64,000 bases of DNA from Prevotellaceae bacterium (GTDB lineage: Bacteria; Bacteroidota; Bacteroidia; Bacteroidales; Bacteroidaceae): contig JAUNOM010000002.1 of NCBI GenBank assembly GCA_030531085.1, positions 11,094 through 75,093 of the forward strand, given 5' to 3'. Positions 56,501-64,000 of this stretch are shown here, one piece after another (position 1 is the stretch's first letter; the number at the start of each line of letters is the position of its first letter). The position numbers and the translations under genes were made by a program. Under the pieces are notes generated by a model that saw nothing but the letters and a program-made list of their open reading frames with translations, made no database searches and was not told the DNA's origin.

Positions 56501-57823
56501 CTTGCAGGCTCTTGCCCACTGCATCAGTATGCGTACGGCACCGTCTGCATTGGCCCTGTCACCGCTTATCTTCCAACGCAGGGCATTCTGGAATGCCATT
56601 GCGGCACCACGCGCACAGTTCATATAGTTCTGTCCGCTGCCGCCTCCACGTATGACGGTCTCTGTAGGCCATGTGGCCACGTCGGAATGGGAATAGCCGT
56701 TGTCGCAAAGTATCTGCCACGCCTTCAGCATACGCTCGTCGCCTGCTGCGATCATCGCCTTGGCGCGGTCAATGTCATCCTGCGAAACGATGCCGCCGGG
56801 GTGCATGAAGCCGTGGTCCAATGTGACGTCGAACACTCTCTTAGCCATATAGCCCTCCGTGGCCTTGCAGGCCTCAATGGCCGCATCCAGTGTCTTCAGG
56901 CTCTCGTCAATATATGTCTGCGATGCCTTGCCGCCATCTATTATCAGCTGCGCCATAGTCAGGCGGTCCTTCAGTTCCGCCACAGCATTGGGAGCGTAAA
57001 GCGAAGCCGATGCCACAATCTGACGGCCTTCCTCTGCCTTAGCGGAGAGCTGCGTCATGTCGCCGGCAGTTCCGTACTTGTACTCCTTATCATAATCTGC
57101 GGAGACAGCCACGAGGCGCTCCACCTGCTCGTCGCTGACGGCGCAGTCATAGACACGGAAGTCCGCAACCATGGCATTGTTAAGATAGTTGTCAGCAGAG
57201 AACGGCGCACGGCCAAGCCAGTTGCTCGTGGGGGCGGAGGCGAAAGCCTGTGACGGAACCGGCATACCGCTGTTCTGCGCAACGGTGCGGCCGTTTATCA
57301 GAAGTTGTCCTGTCTGTCCCTTCTGACGGTATACAACATTCACCCACTGTCCCTTGACGGACTCGGTGCCGACCTTTAGCGCCATCTCGCCGCCCCAGCC
57401 TGCCGTGGAAGCGCACAGCGTCTGCTCATTCAGACGGTAGCCAACATAGACTCCTTCTGTCTGTGTATTGGACTGCATGGTGGAGAAGGCCCAAAGGAAA
57501 CGACCAGCTCCGGACAGCGAAGCGTTCGGTGACACATAATAGCATACGGAGACAGTAAAGTCATTGAGCTTACGCATAATCTCTCCAGCGGCAGAGGTCA
57601 TGTCGAGATAGGCAATGTTGTTGCCAAGCTGCAACACATGATACTTGCCAACCTCAACGACCTTGGCGTTGTAGAGCATACGCGCTGTAATGCCCGACAC
57701 ATCATCGGTGACCCTCGTTCCAGAAACATTGCTGAAATCGAAGTGCATCTTCAGATTGGCATCCTGTCCCTGTGCACAGACCATTGTCACAAGGAATGCA
57801 AACAGTGTAAGTAATCGTTTCAT
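53576..57823 (-). CDS. Multimodular secreted protein: LamG-like, alginate-lyase-family (alpha/alpha) domain, Ig-like repeats, beta domain, T9SS CTD
   Basis: Start reassigned to MKRLLTLF; FMHPG, WSNWGLCN, QESGRDQGH; C-terminus IYDLFGRRL...GLYILNGKVMAR. Confidence 0.78.
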   Translation of the reverse strand: MKRLLTLFAFLVTMVCAQGQDANLKMHFDFSNVSGTRVTDDVSGITARMLYNAKVVEVGKYHVLQLGNNIAYLDMTSAAGEIMRKLNDFTVSVCYYVSPNASLSGAGRFLWAFSTMQSNTQTEGVYVGYRLNEQTLCASTAGWGGEMALKVGTESVKGQWVNVVYRQKGQTGQLLINGRTVAQNSGMPVPSQAFASAPTSNWLGRAPFSADNYLNNAMVADFRVYDCAVSDEQVERLVAVSADYDKEYKYGTAGDMTQLSAKAEEGRQIVASASLYAPNAVAELKDRLTMAQLIIDGGKASQTYIDESLKTLDAAIEACKATEGYMAKRVFDVTLDHGFMHPGGIVSQDDIDRAKAMIAAGDERMLKAWQILCDNGYSHSDVATWPTETVIRGGGSGQNYMNCARGAAMAFQNALRWKISGDRANADGAVRILMQWARACKALGGDTNVSLAAGIYGHEFANAAELMRDYDGWSREDFEEFKRWIVKVFYNPAIDFLRRRHDTWANFRYSTLGERPGHYWSNWGLCNALCVMSIGILCDDVHMYNQGMSFYKYDHVGTFKDRSNERLIYNDGCDEFIGNLVPVVHADKRGALGYLGQMQESGRDQGHSLMALGLAIDICQVGLNQGDDLFAYMNDRIAAGAEFVAAMNFGGVDATSLPWTEYEYADCRGTVGEAWKMGGPNTGGAGEFRPYWDRLLGYYQGLRGVKMPYAEAASAQVCPDGGGGNYSQNSGGFDHLGFSTLTGWRPAIDKAQAITPLSGDIEYNGEVLKNQTNLGGLKYNYNACTTKAIPADGAAITLMPQLPEGTTDTGNWLWSTGETTRNITVKADRSYIYRVTYTAENGTQSRQAFAIAVAGDAAPDMMTSQITAGGAAEQTTEATVLSGSSVTLSASPVTGWTDDYLWDNGAKGGSITVSDITTSRSYTCQYANQSGAVSQVVFNINVVPAMQYIGTAATPSVSGKPASDITVLKGGNVTMELAIPSYDSAENITWPDGSHGTTYTVENVTESMEVKVSYNSLFAGALTYTYNIDLKQTEGFTYYNMLTADNGYSIVSSTEELTEKAGTHYFVLTSDDADLLVELKNAPHNGNKALFFQAPQNPVENLAKVFMIEPYGDAFCMRNIDYDGLLLQTEWDRPDQMRTHDQPFACEWTRLLLNNENGAWTVENGKYPGNWLGLWTPANGYRDGEEIGCDKSGDDIARLQIFAIERERLHKEFLAAATADAPVNATALLVNPEFIGNGFGWQLLGRWGNQRYNGAAEVWHSTDFDLTQTLTGLPDGHYTVTCQMANGDGANTAMLYAKSGDSEDTDVVKQSCVGSNFDAERDRMLANAEYGRLSVAVDVTDGTMTLGIKEPTAGTTWLVFDNFTLTYHGADVTAAAVVREKKADTTDTIYDLFGRRLDAVPASGLYILNGKVMAR

Positions 57824-58009
57824 GTAGTTTAAGTTTAGGTTGAATGAAAATGTTTTCCGCAAATTTCACAATTTTATTTATAAAATATCTGCTTTGTTTA
57901 TATAAATCCGTACGTTTCTCAAATACAAAGACGCAAAATAGACGTTACAGACATATCTTTTCGACAAAACAGGCATATCTTTCCATATAATTTCACGGTC
58001 TATAGAAAA

Positions 58010-58200
58010 CTGAAGACGGTCCTCACGCAGCTAAAGACGGCCCACAGTGAAAAAAGGACGGCCTTTAGGAATAAAATGATGGGCCTTGGAGAAAAATGGA
58101 TGGGCTTTTTGAAAAAAATGGATGGCATCCACAGAAAGCTGTAGACCATCCACAGAAATTTTTAGAGCGTCCACAGAATGCTATGGAGCGTCGACAGACG
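58010..58200. repeat. Degenerate 21-bp-period tandem repeat
   Basis: GA(C/T)GG at 58015/58036/58057/58078/58099; C(C/G)ACAGA at 58129/58150/58171/58192. Confidence 0.65.
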
Positions 58201-58358
58201 CAGCATGACAGTCATTATCCATATTGGGATTACAGATATGACAATATATAATAAGGTAGTGTAAAGAAAACTGTGTCAAGGTTCTCTTTACACTACCAAT
58301 TTTCCTGCCGGATGATGTTTACCGACATCCAGCTGATGTCTACAGAATTTTCCTGCCT

Positions 58359-58399
58359 TTATATATACTCCGCAATTATAAAGGATGGAGTATATATAA
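58359..58399 (-). terminator. Stem-loop after the BspA gene
   Basis: TTATATATACTCC / GGAGTATATATAA. Confidence 0.55.
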
Positions 58400-58412
58400 C
58401 ATCATAATATAC

Positions 58413-59693
58413 TTACTTCACCATTACATTGACAGCGCAGCCACCAGTCTTCACCACGTAGGCACCCGTATGCAGCCTTATCACCTCTCCTGAATAGACG
58501 GGAGCGCTGTAGACAGTAGCACCGCCGACGCTGAACACCTCAACCCTTGCTCCGTCACCGCCAGATACCACTATGCCTCCATCCGACATACGCACCGTCA
58601 CCGCATTGCCGCTGGCTGTAACGCTGCCAACACCAGTTAGCTCCTGTTTCTCCACTATCTCCTTAAATCCGCTCCATGCCTCATCCGCAAGATATGCGTC
58701 CTTGGAGCCTATGGGCACATTCAGAACACACTGTGACTTCTGTTCCGGCATAAAAGCATTCTGCATTACGGGTGGCACCACGGCACGCACGTTTACCTCC
58801 TGTAGATTTTTGCAATAATGGAAAGCATTATCCTCTATATTCGCAATGCCGCTGCCTAAAGTGACGGAGCGCAGGTTCTGACAACTGTTGAACGCCTGGA
58901 AGCCAATAGTCTCCACCTTATCGTGAAGTGTAACATCCGTCAGTCCATTGCAGCTCATGAAGGCATTTCCTCCAATGCTTGTCACCGCTTCCGGTATGCT
59001 CAACGTTGTAAGAGCGGAGCAATAGGCCATGAAACCGTATGGAATGGCGGTGATACCAGCAGGAATATTCACGGACTTCAGTGCGCTGCAGCCATAGAAT
59101 AAGTTGCTGCCCAACTCCGTGACATTGTCAGGAAGTACAACTTCCGTAAGAGCGTCATTAAACATAAAGGCCATGTCACCGATGCTCGTCACGCTGTTCG
59201 GAACAACCATTGAGGTCAGGCCGCAAAGGGAGAACGCTGAAGCGCCTATGGCAGTCAGGCCCTCAGGCATTGTCACTGACGTAAGGCCGGAGCAGCCTTC
59301 GAAGGCTGACTGCCCTATATGTGCGAGTGCAGCAGGCAGTTTCAGAGATGTCAGACCGCTACAGTTGTAGAATGCCGACTCGCCGATGCTTGTAATACTA
59401 TTAGGCAGAATGACCTCCGTCATATCACTGCTGCCGGAAAAGGCGCTGAAGCCTATGGCTGTGACGGGGAATGTAACGTTCCCGTCGGAAACCTCGGCTG
59501 GAATGTCTACCGTTCCCGAATACGTGGAACCGTTACGCATAACCATCAATCCCTTCCCATCTTCGGTAATGGCAAAGTTTAAAGTCTGAAACCGCGCACC
59601 GCCGGAAGCGCTCGAGGAAATAACAGAGGCAGACAAGCTGACACCGTAAAGACTGGCCAGCATAACCAATAAAAGGGTGTAGAGCTTCTTCAT
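58413..59693 (-). CDS. BspA-type leucine-rich repeat surface protein (T9SS cargo)
   Basis: 23-aa repeats LPNSITSIGESAFYNCSGLTS; signal peptide; T9SS-like C-terminus. Confidence 0.9.
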   Translation of the reverse strand: MKKLYTLLLVMLASLYGVSLSASVISSSASGGARFQTLNFAITEDGKGLMVMRNGSTYSGTVDIPAEVSDGNVTFPVTAIGFSAFSGSSDMTEVILPNSITSIGESAFYNCSGLTSLKLPAALAHIGQSAFEGCSGLTSVTMPEGLTAIGASAFSLCGLTSMVVPNSVTSIGDMAFMFNDALTEVVLPDNVTELGSNLFYGCSALKSVNIPAGITAIPYGFMAYCSALTTLSIPEAVTSIGGNAFMSCNGLTDVTLHDKVETIGFQAFNSCQNLRSVTLGSGIANIEDNAFHYCKNLQEVNVRAVVPPVMQNAFMPEQKSQCVLNVPIGSKDAYLADEAWSGFKEIVEKQELTGVGSVTASGNAVTVRMSDGGIVVSGGDGARVEVFSVGGATVYSAPVYSGEVIRLHTGAYVVKTGGCAVNVMVK

Positions 59694-59987
59694 ATTATAT
59701 AATGTATATTTTTATAGCGTCTGCCGACCTCCAGGCATAGACGCTGCCGGTGAATAATTCGTATAAAGAAGACATTGAGGCCTGCGCACACTCTGAATGC
59801 GGAATGTCTTTTTCTGTATCTCTGCGACAAAGATACGAAAAAGGAACTACACCACCAAATTTTTCAGATACTATTTTTCATGCAGACCGTAATTATATGG
59901 CGACGATTTATCACAAAATAATAACGAGGCGCCCACCATGTCATGGATGTGGACACCTCGTTATCACGTATCATACAGAGCAGTTTA

Positions 59988-62375
59988 TTACTTATTCACT
60001 TTCTTTACACCGTTCTGTATGTATATTCCATTCTTTGCCGGAGCACTTATTCTGCGCCCCGTGAGGTCATACATGATGCCACCCTCATTCTGTTCGCAGG
60101 CATCACCATACAGGTTCTGCACGCCTGTTGCAGGATCCATCGGCAGGATATTGTAGTTCCTCCAGTACTTTGCGGCCTTATATGCGGCGACAGAACTTTC
60201 TGGAACGTAAACATCTACAAGACTTGTAGGCAAAGAGCTATCTACAACTAACTCTGGTGGTGTAGTAGCATAACTATAGATTGTTTTCAGGCCACAACCG
60301 TAAAAAGCAGAAGCTGCTATGCTATTAACAGTGTTAGGTAATATTATGGATTGCAAGTCGGATGCACTATGAAAAGCAGACCACCCAATAGAAGTTACAC
60401 CTGTGGGAATAACAGTGTTTTTACACCCTGCGAGCAAATTGCCTGTAATCTTATCTATAATGGCATTGCATCCACCCCTGCTATCATAGAACGCATTATT
60501 GCTATCAACAACAATGCTGGTAACTTTTGGACAGTCCATTAATATACTAAGCCCAATACGATACACTGATTGAGGTATAAAGATACTTGTCAACTCTCTA
60601 CATGATGAAAATGCTACATCCCCTATCCTTTCGACGGAGTTTGGTATTGTAATTTCCTTTAATGAATAGCATTGGTTGAAGGCACTCCTGCCTATAACCT
60701 GTACACTTTCCGGTATATCCACTTTCTGTAACTTGTCGCACCAATAGAAAGCTCCATCACCGATTACAGTCACGGTATTGGGAATTGTCACGCTTTGCAG
60801 ATCCTGACAATATTGGAATACATAATCAGGTATCACTGCTACTGATGTGGGAAAGGTGAAGTTCGTAAGTTTAGCCCTCGAAAAAGCCCTTGTTCCTATT
60901 TCCGTTACAGAATTAGGAATTGTGATATTAGTAAATGCACAACCGTAAAAGGCTTCTTCTCCTATTGAGGTTACAGTGTTTGGAATTGTGATAGCAGACT
61001 TACAATACGCAAAAGTTCTTTTAGCTATTGTGGTTACAGAACTTGGAAAGGTGAAGTTTGTAAGTTTACAGCCCTCGAAAGCACCTTCTCCTATTGAAGT
61101 TACAGAGTTTGGGATAATGATATTATTAAGTTCACAGCCGGCGAAAGCACCATCACCTATTGAAGTTATAGTGTTGGGAATTGTGATTGTAGTGAACTTA
61201 CAATATGCAAAAGTATTTTTAGCTATTGTGGTTACAGAATTTGGAAAGGTAAAGTTAGTTAGTTTACAGCCGGCGAAAGCACCTGCTCCTATTGAGGTTA
61301 TGGAGTTTGGAATAATGATGTTGTCGAGACTGCTGCAACCTTGGAAAGTACTGTCACTTATACTTGTCAGCGTGTTCGGAAGCTTTATTTCAGTAAGATT
61401 GGCGCAACCGCTAAAGGCTTTGCTTTCAATGACGGTCAAGGATGCCGGCAGATTGATGCTGCTGAACATACACTTTGAGAATGCTCCCTTGCCAATTCGG
61501 GTAACGGATGTGGGGATAAAGCTTGTATCAAAGCCTAACAGCAATGTGTTTGTCTTTGTCTCAATGATGGCATTGCAATTATCACGGCTGTCATACAGTG
61601 GGTGTCCCTCCTCCACTTTTATCTTAGTCAGCCCCGCTGCGCGGAACACATCGACGTCAATGTTCTTAACAGAGCTTGTGATGATGGTGTTGTTACATAA
61701 GAGAATGGGCGTGCCTGTCGCTGTCTCTATGATGGCGTTACAGTTGTTTTCGCTGTTATACGTGGCATTGGCCTTATCCACCACAATGCTATTGATTTCT
61801 GTACAGCCATTGAAAGCACCATCAGCAATATTCGTTACCGATGCGGGAATGATAATGTCCTTAGGACAATTGCTGCCAACAAAGGCACTGCTGGCGATTT
61901 CGGTTACACCGTTTGGGATAGTGGTGTTTAGACAACCCATTATCAGAGTATTCGTGTTCTTTCTTATTATTGCGTTACAGTTGTCTCTGCTGTCGTATAT
62001 GGTATTGCCCTCGTCTATTACGATGGAGTGGATATTGTGACAGCCATCGAATTCAGAGATATCTCCTAAGAGGGAGGCACCCAGTTTTATGGATGTTATG
62101 TCTAAACAATCTCTAAACGCCCTCCTTCCTATTGCGGTTACTTCGTTTCCTATCTCTATAGTTTTAACTGATCCTGCATATTTTGCCCATGGTGCACTTC
62201 CGTAATAATTCCTCATTCTTCCTGCACCGTCTATTTTCAAAACTTCTGTTTCTGTGTCTAACTGCCAGGTAACGCCTGTTCCACAGGAGCCGGTATAAAC
62301 TTCCGCACTCACGTTGAGTGCATTAATTATCTGCACAAAGGCAAATAACAGTGTGATTTGAATTTTGTGTTTCAT
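59988..62375 (-). CDS. BspA-type leucine-rich repeat surface protein (T9SS cargo)
   Basis: IPNSVTSIG..AF..C repeats; four YDSRDNCNAII-type motifs; MYDLTGRRISAPAKNGIYIQNGVKK. Confidence 0.92.
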   Translation of the reverse strand: MKHKIQITLLFAFVQIINALNVSAEVYTGSCGTGVTWQLDTETEVLKIDGAGRMRNYYGSAPWAKYAGSVKTIEIGNEVTAIGRRAFRDCLDITSIKLGASLLGDISEFDGCHNIHSIVIDEGNTIYDSRDNCNAIIRKNTNTLIMGCLNTTIPNGVTEIASSAFVGSNCPKDIIIPASVTNIADGAFNGCTEINSIVVDKANATYNSENNCNAIIETATGTPILLCNNTIITSSVKNIDVDVFRAAGLTKIKVEEGHPLYDSRDNCNAIIETKTNTLLLGFDTSFIPTSVTRIGKGAFSKCMFSSINLPASLTVIESKAFSGCANLTEIKLPNTLTSISDSTFQGCSSLDNIIIPNSITSIGAGAFAGCKLTNFTFPNSVTTIAKNTFAYCKFTTITIPNTITSIGDGAFAGCELNNIIIPNSVTSIGEGAFEGCKLTNFTFPSSVTTIAKRTFAYCKSAITIPNTVTSIGEEAFYGCAFTNITIPNSVTEIGTRAFSRAKLTNFTFPTSVAVIPDYVFQYCQDLQSVTIPNTVTVIGDGAFYWCDKLQKVDIPESVQVIGRSAFNQCYSLKEITIPNSVERIGDVAFSSCRELTSIFIPQSVYRIGLSILMDCPKVTSIVVDSNNAFYDSRGGCNAIIDKITGNLLAGCKNTVIPTGVTSIGWSAFHSASDLQSIILPNTVNSIAASAFYGCGLKTIYSYATTPPELVVDSSLPTSLVDVYVPESSVAAYKAAKYWRNYNILPMDPATGVQNLYGDACEQNEGGIMYDLTGRRISAPAKNGIYIQNGVKKVNK

Positions 62376-62554
62376 AAGATTTTTTGTTTAGTATGACATT
62401 ATGTTCATTGTTTATGTTCCGTAAACGGGTTGAGTTAATATGTACAGGGATGTCGGGCCTTGCACAGGTCCGCATACTTTAGTCCCGTGCGAAACTCAAT
62501 ACAGCGCATTATAAAGTGGCAATTTGAATAGAAGTCAGGTTTCATATAAAAACG

Positions 62555-62704
62555 AAAAAAGGCGGAACTGTTCGTAACCTTTCCGTCAATCAGGCATCGC
62601 CAAACGCCCCACACAAGGAAAAGTACGAACAGTTCACGCCCTAACAGGACGTGAACCTTCGTCAGCTTGTTCTCTTGTGTTGAATTTTGGCGATTTCGAT
62701 TGAC
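62555..62704 (-). promoter_or_regulatory. Candidate terminator/antiterminator leader RNA upstream of the BspA gene
   Basis: Nested stems compete with a ~23-bp stem followed by U6 on the minus strand. Confidence 0.6.
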
Positions 62705-63194
62705 AAGAAACAAGGACAAAGTCCAAGTATACTATGTACTCCCCCATGAGAGAGCTATGCTTTCCGTAGGGGCAGCTGATATAAAATCATTTACATATTC
62801 CGCATAATTTATATTTGGAATGATAATATCATGGGACAAAATTAACAAAAAAAAATCAAATGACAAACATTTTGTCGAATTTTTTTCTTTTGTTCTTTGC
62901 TTTGTTTTACGCAACTCCACAAATTACCACATTTGTCTACACGCATGAACAGGCGGCATACAGAAGTGGGAATATGTCTTTTATAGGTTTAAATATATCT
63001 TCATCAACCTATTTTTATATTATATTCTCCCTAACAGAACGTATCGTCAAGTAATTTTGTGTAACGATTTACTGTTACATATCCACATACACATCGAAAA
63101 CACAACAGGCCTATTATCGTATGAGCCCAATTGAGTCATGAGGGGAAAAGCACATCATGCAACTTAACAAGCACTAATCAAACAATATCAATCT

Positions 63195-64000
63195 ATGTCA
63201 AGACTATCATTTTCATTTATCATTGTCACTCTGATTCTCACCCTGGCATCCTGTAACAAGGAGCCTGACGAGTCGAACCTCTACACTTTCACCGGACAGA
63301 CCATCCAGGACTACCTCCAGGCCAATGACTCCGCATTTCACAAATTCAACATCATCCTGCGCCGTTCTGGCCTCGACCGCATGATGGCATCCTATGGAGA
63401 ATACACCTGTTACGCGCCATTAGACCGCGGAGTAGACCAGTACATCGACAGTCTGTGGAACGACCCTGACGCAAAGATACCACATAACGGACTGACCGAG
63501 AACAGCATTGACGGTCTGACGGACGAACAGTGCCAGGAGATAGCAAAATATCACCTCTCCGCCATGCAATACACCTTTGTGGAGGACCTTAGCGATGCCG
63601 GCGGCAAGGAGATAACAACCATGCTCAGCACACCCTTCATATCCCGTCTTCACGATGACGGCGTGGTGAGATTCAATAACTCTGTCAGCGTGCTGCGTTC
63701 CGTGGAGGACGGGAAACTGACAAATGGCAACGTACATATCGTTGACAAAGTAATTCCTCGCACCACACACTACCTGGCAGAGATACTGGAGGAACATACA
63801 GAGTTCAGCATCTTCCACGAGGCTCTCGTCAAGTGCGGACTAACAGACCTGCTTCATACAGACCACAAGACAAATGCTAACGGCATTCCAAGAACCTACA
63901 AGTGCGATAACATCAACGGCCCCGCTGGTGGAGGATGGGAGAAAGAACGCTATTACTACCCAACGGAATGCAAGATAAAGTTCACAGTCTTCGCAGAGAC
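63195..64000 (+). CDS. Fasciclin domain lipoprotein, runs off the window end
   Basis: Not in ORF track. MSRLSFSFIIVTLILTLASCNKEPDESNLYTFTGQTIQDYL...YTCYAP...TNGNVHIVDKVI...FTVFAET; paralogous to 1552-3630; -7 box TAATTTTG at 63052. Confidence 0.85.
   Translation, partial: MSRLSFSFIIVTLILTLASCNKEPDESNLYTFTGQTIQDYLQANDSAFHKFNIILRRSGLDRMMASYGEYTCYAPLDRGVDQYIDSLWNDPDAKIPHNGLTENSIDGLTDEQCQEIAKYHLSAMQYTFVEDLSDAGGKEITTMLSTPFISRLHDDGVVRFNNSVSVLRSVEDGKLTNGNVHIVDKVIPRTTHYLAEILEEHTEFSIFHEALVKCGLTDLLHTDHKTNANGIPRTYKCDNINGPAGGGWEKERYYYPTECKIKFTVFAE

Noticed and set aside
52725-57253. Long plus-strand ORFs (422 aa, 364 aa) and similar antisense ORFs across the window
   Set aside because: They lie opposite well-supported genes and show no motifs, consistent with codon-bias shadows.
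60976-62040. 354-aa plus-strand ORF
   Set aside because: Antisense shadow of the repetitive LRR gene.
62435-62719. 94-aa minus-strand ORF
   Set aside because: Non-ATG start and overlaps the structured leader. A leader-peptide role cannot be excluded but is unsupported.
62740-63190. AT-rich intergenic region as an RNA gene or origin
   Set aside because: No tRNA-like fold or DnaA-box cluster was seen; explained as a divergent promoter region.

Overview
Chromosomal segment of a Bacteroidota organism, most likely Prevotellaceae. This rests on TAnnTTTG -7 promoter boxes, SusC/SusD genes, T9SS-type C-termini and the parC-DUF3316-S41 gene order. The left end holds a SusC/SusD locus with three fasciclin-domain lipoproteins and a large repetitive secreted protein. 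Next come a DUF4143 ATPase and a run of housekeeping/envelope genes (EamA, DUF2264, SPFH/NfeD, ispF, acyltransferases, pEtN transferase, UbiA-family phosphoribosyltransferase). The middle carries parC, an FKBP, glycyl-tRNA synthetase, a TolC-HlyD-ABC2 exporter and an N-domain-less ClpB. Further right are an AT-rich two-gene cassette, an ABCG-type transporter with a lipoprotein partner, GH51, a multimodular alginate-lyase-fold protein, two BspA LRR proteins and the start of a second fasciclin lipoprotein. The least explained signals are non-coding. (i) Eight consecutive intergenic spaces (15.8-23.3 kb) are filled with 7-nt-period, telomere-like imperfect palindromes, and two near-identical copies bracket the DUF4143 gene. 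(ii) A ~420-nt leader with a 41-codon uORF and mutually exclusive terminator/antiterminator pairings lies upstream of the AT-rich cassette, and a second switch-like leader lies upstream of a BspA gene. (iii) Two diverged ~440-bp non-coding elements have hairpin-forming inverted ends. No rRNA, tRNA, CRISPR array, transposase or integrase was seen. All calls come from reading the sequence and the supplied translations; no searches were run.
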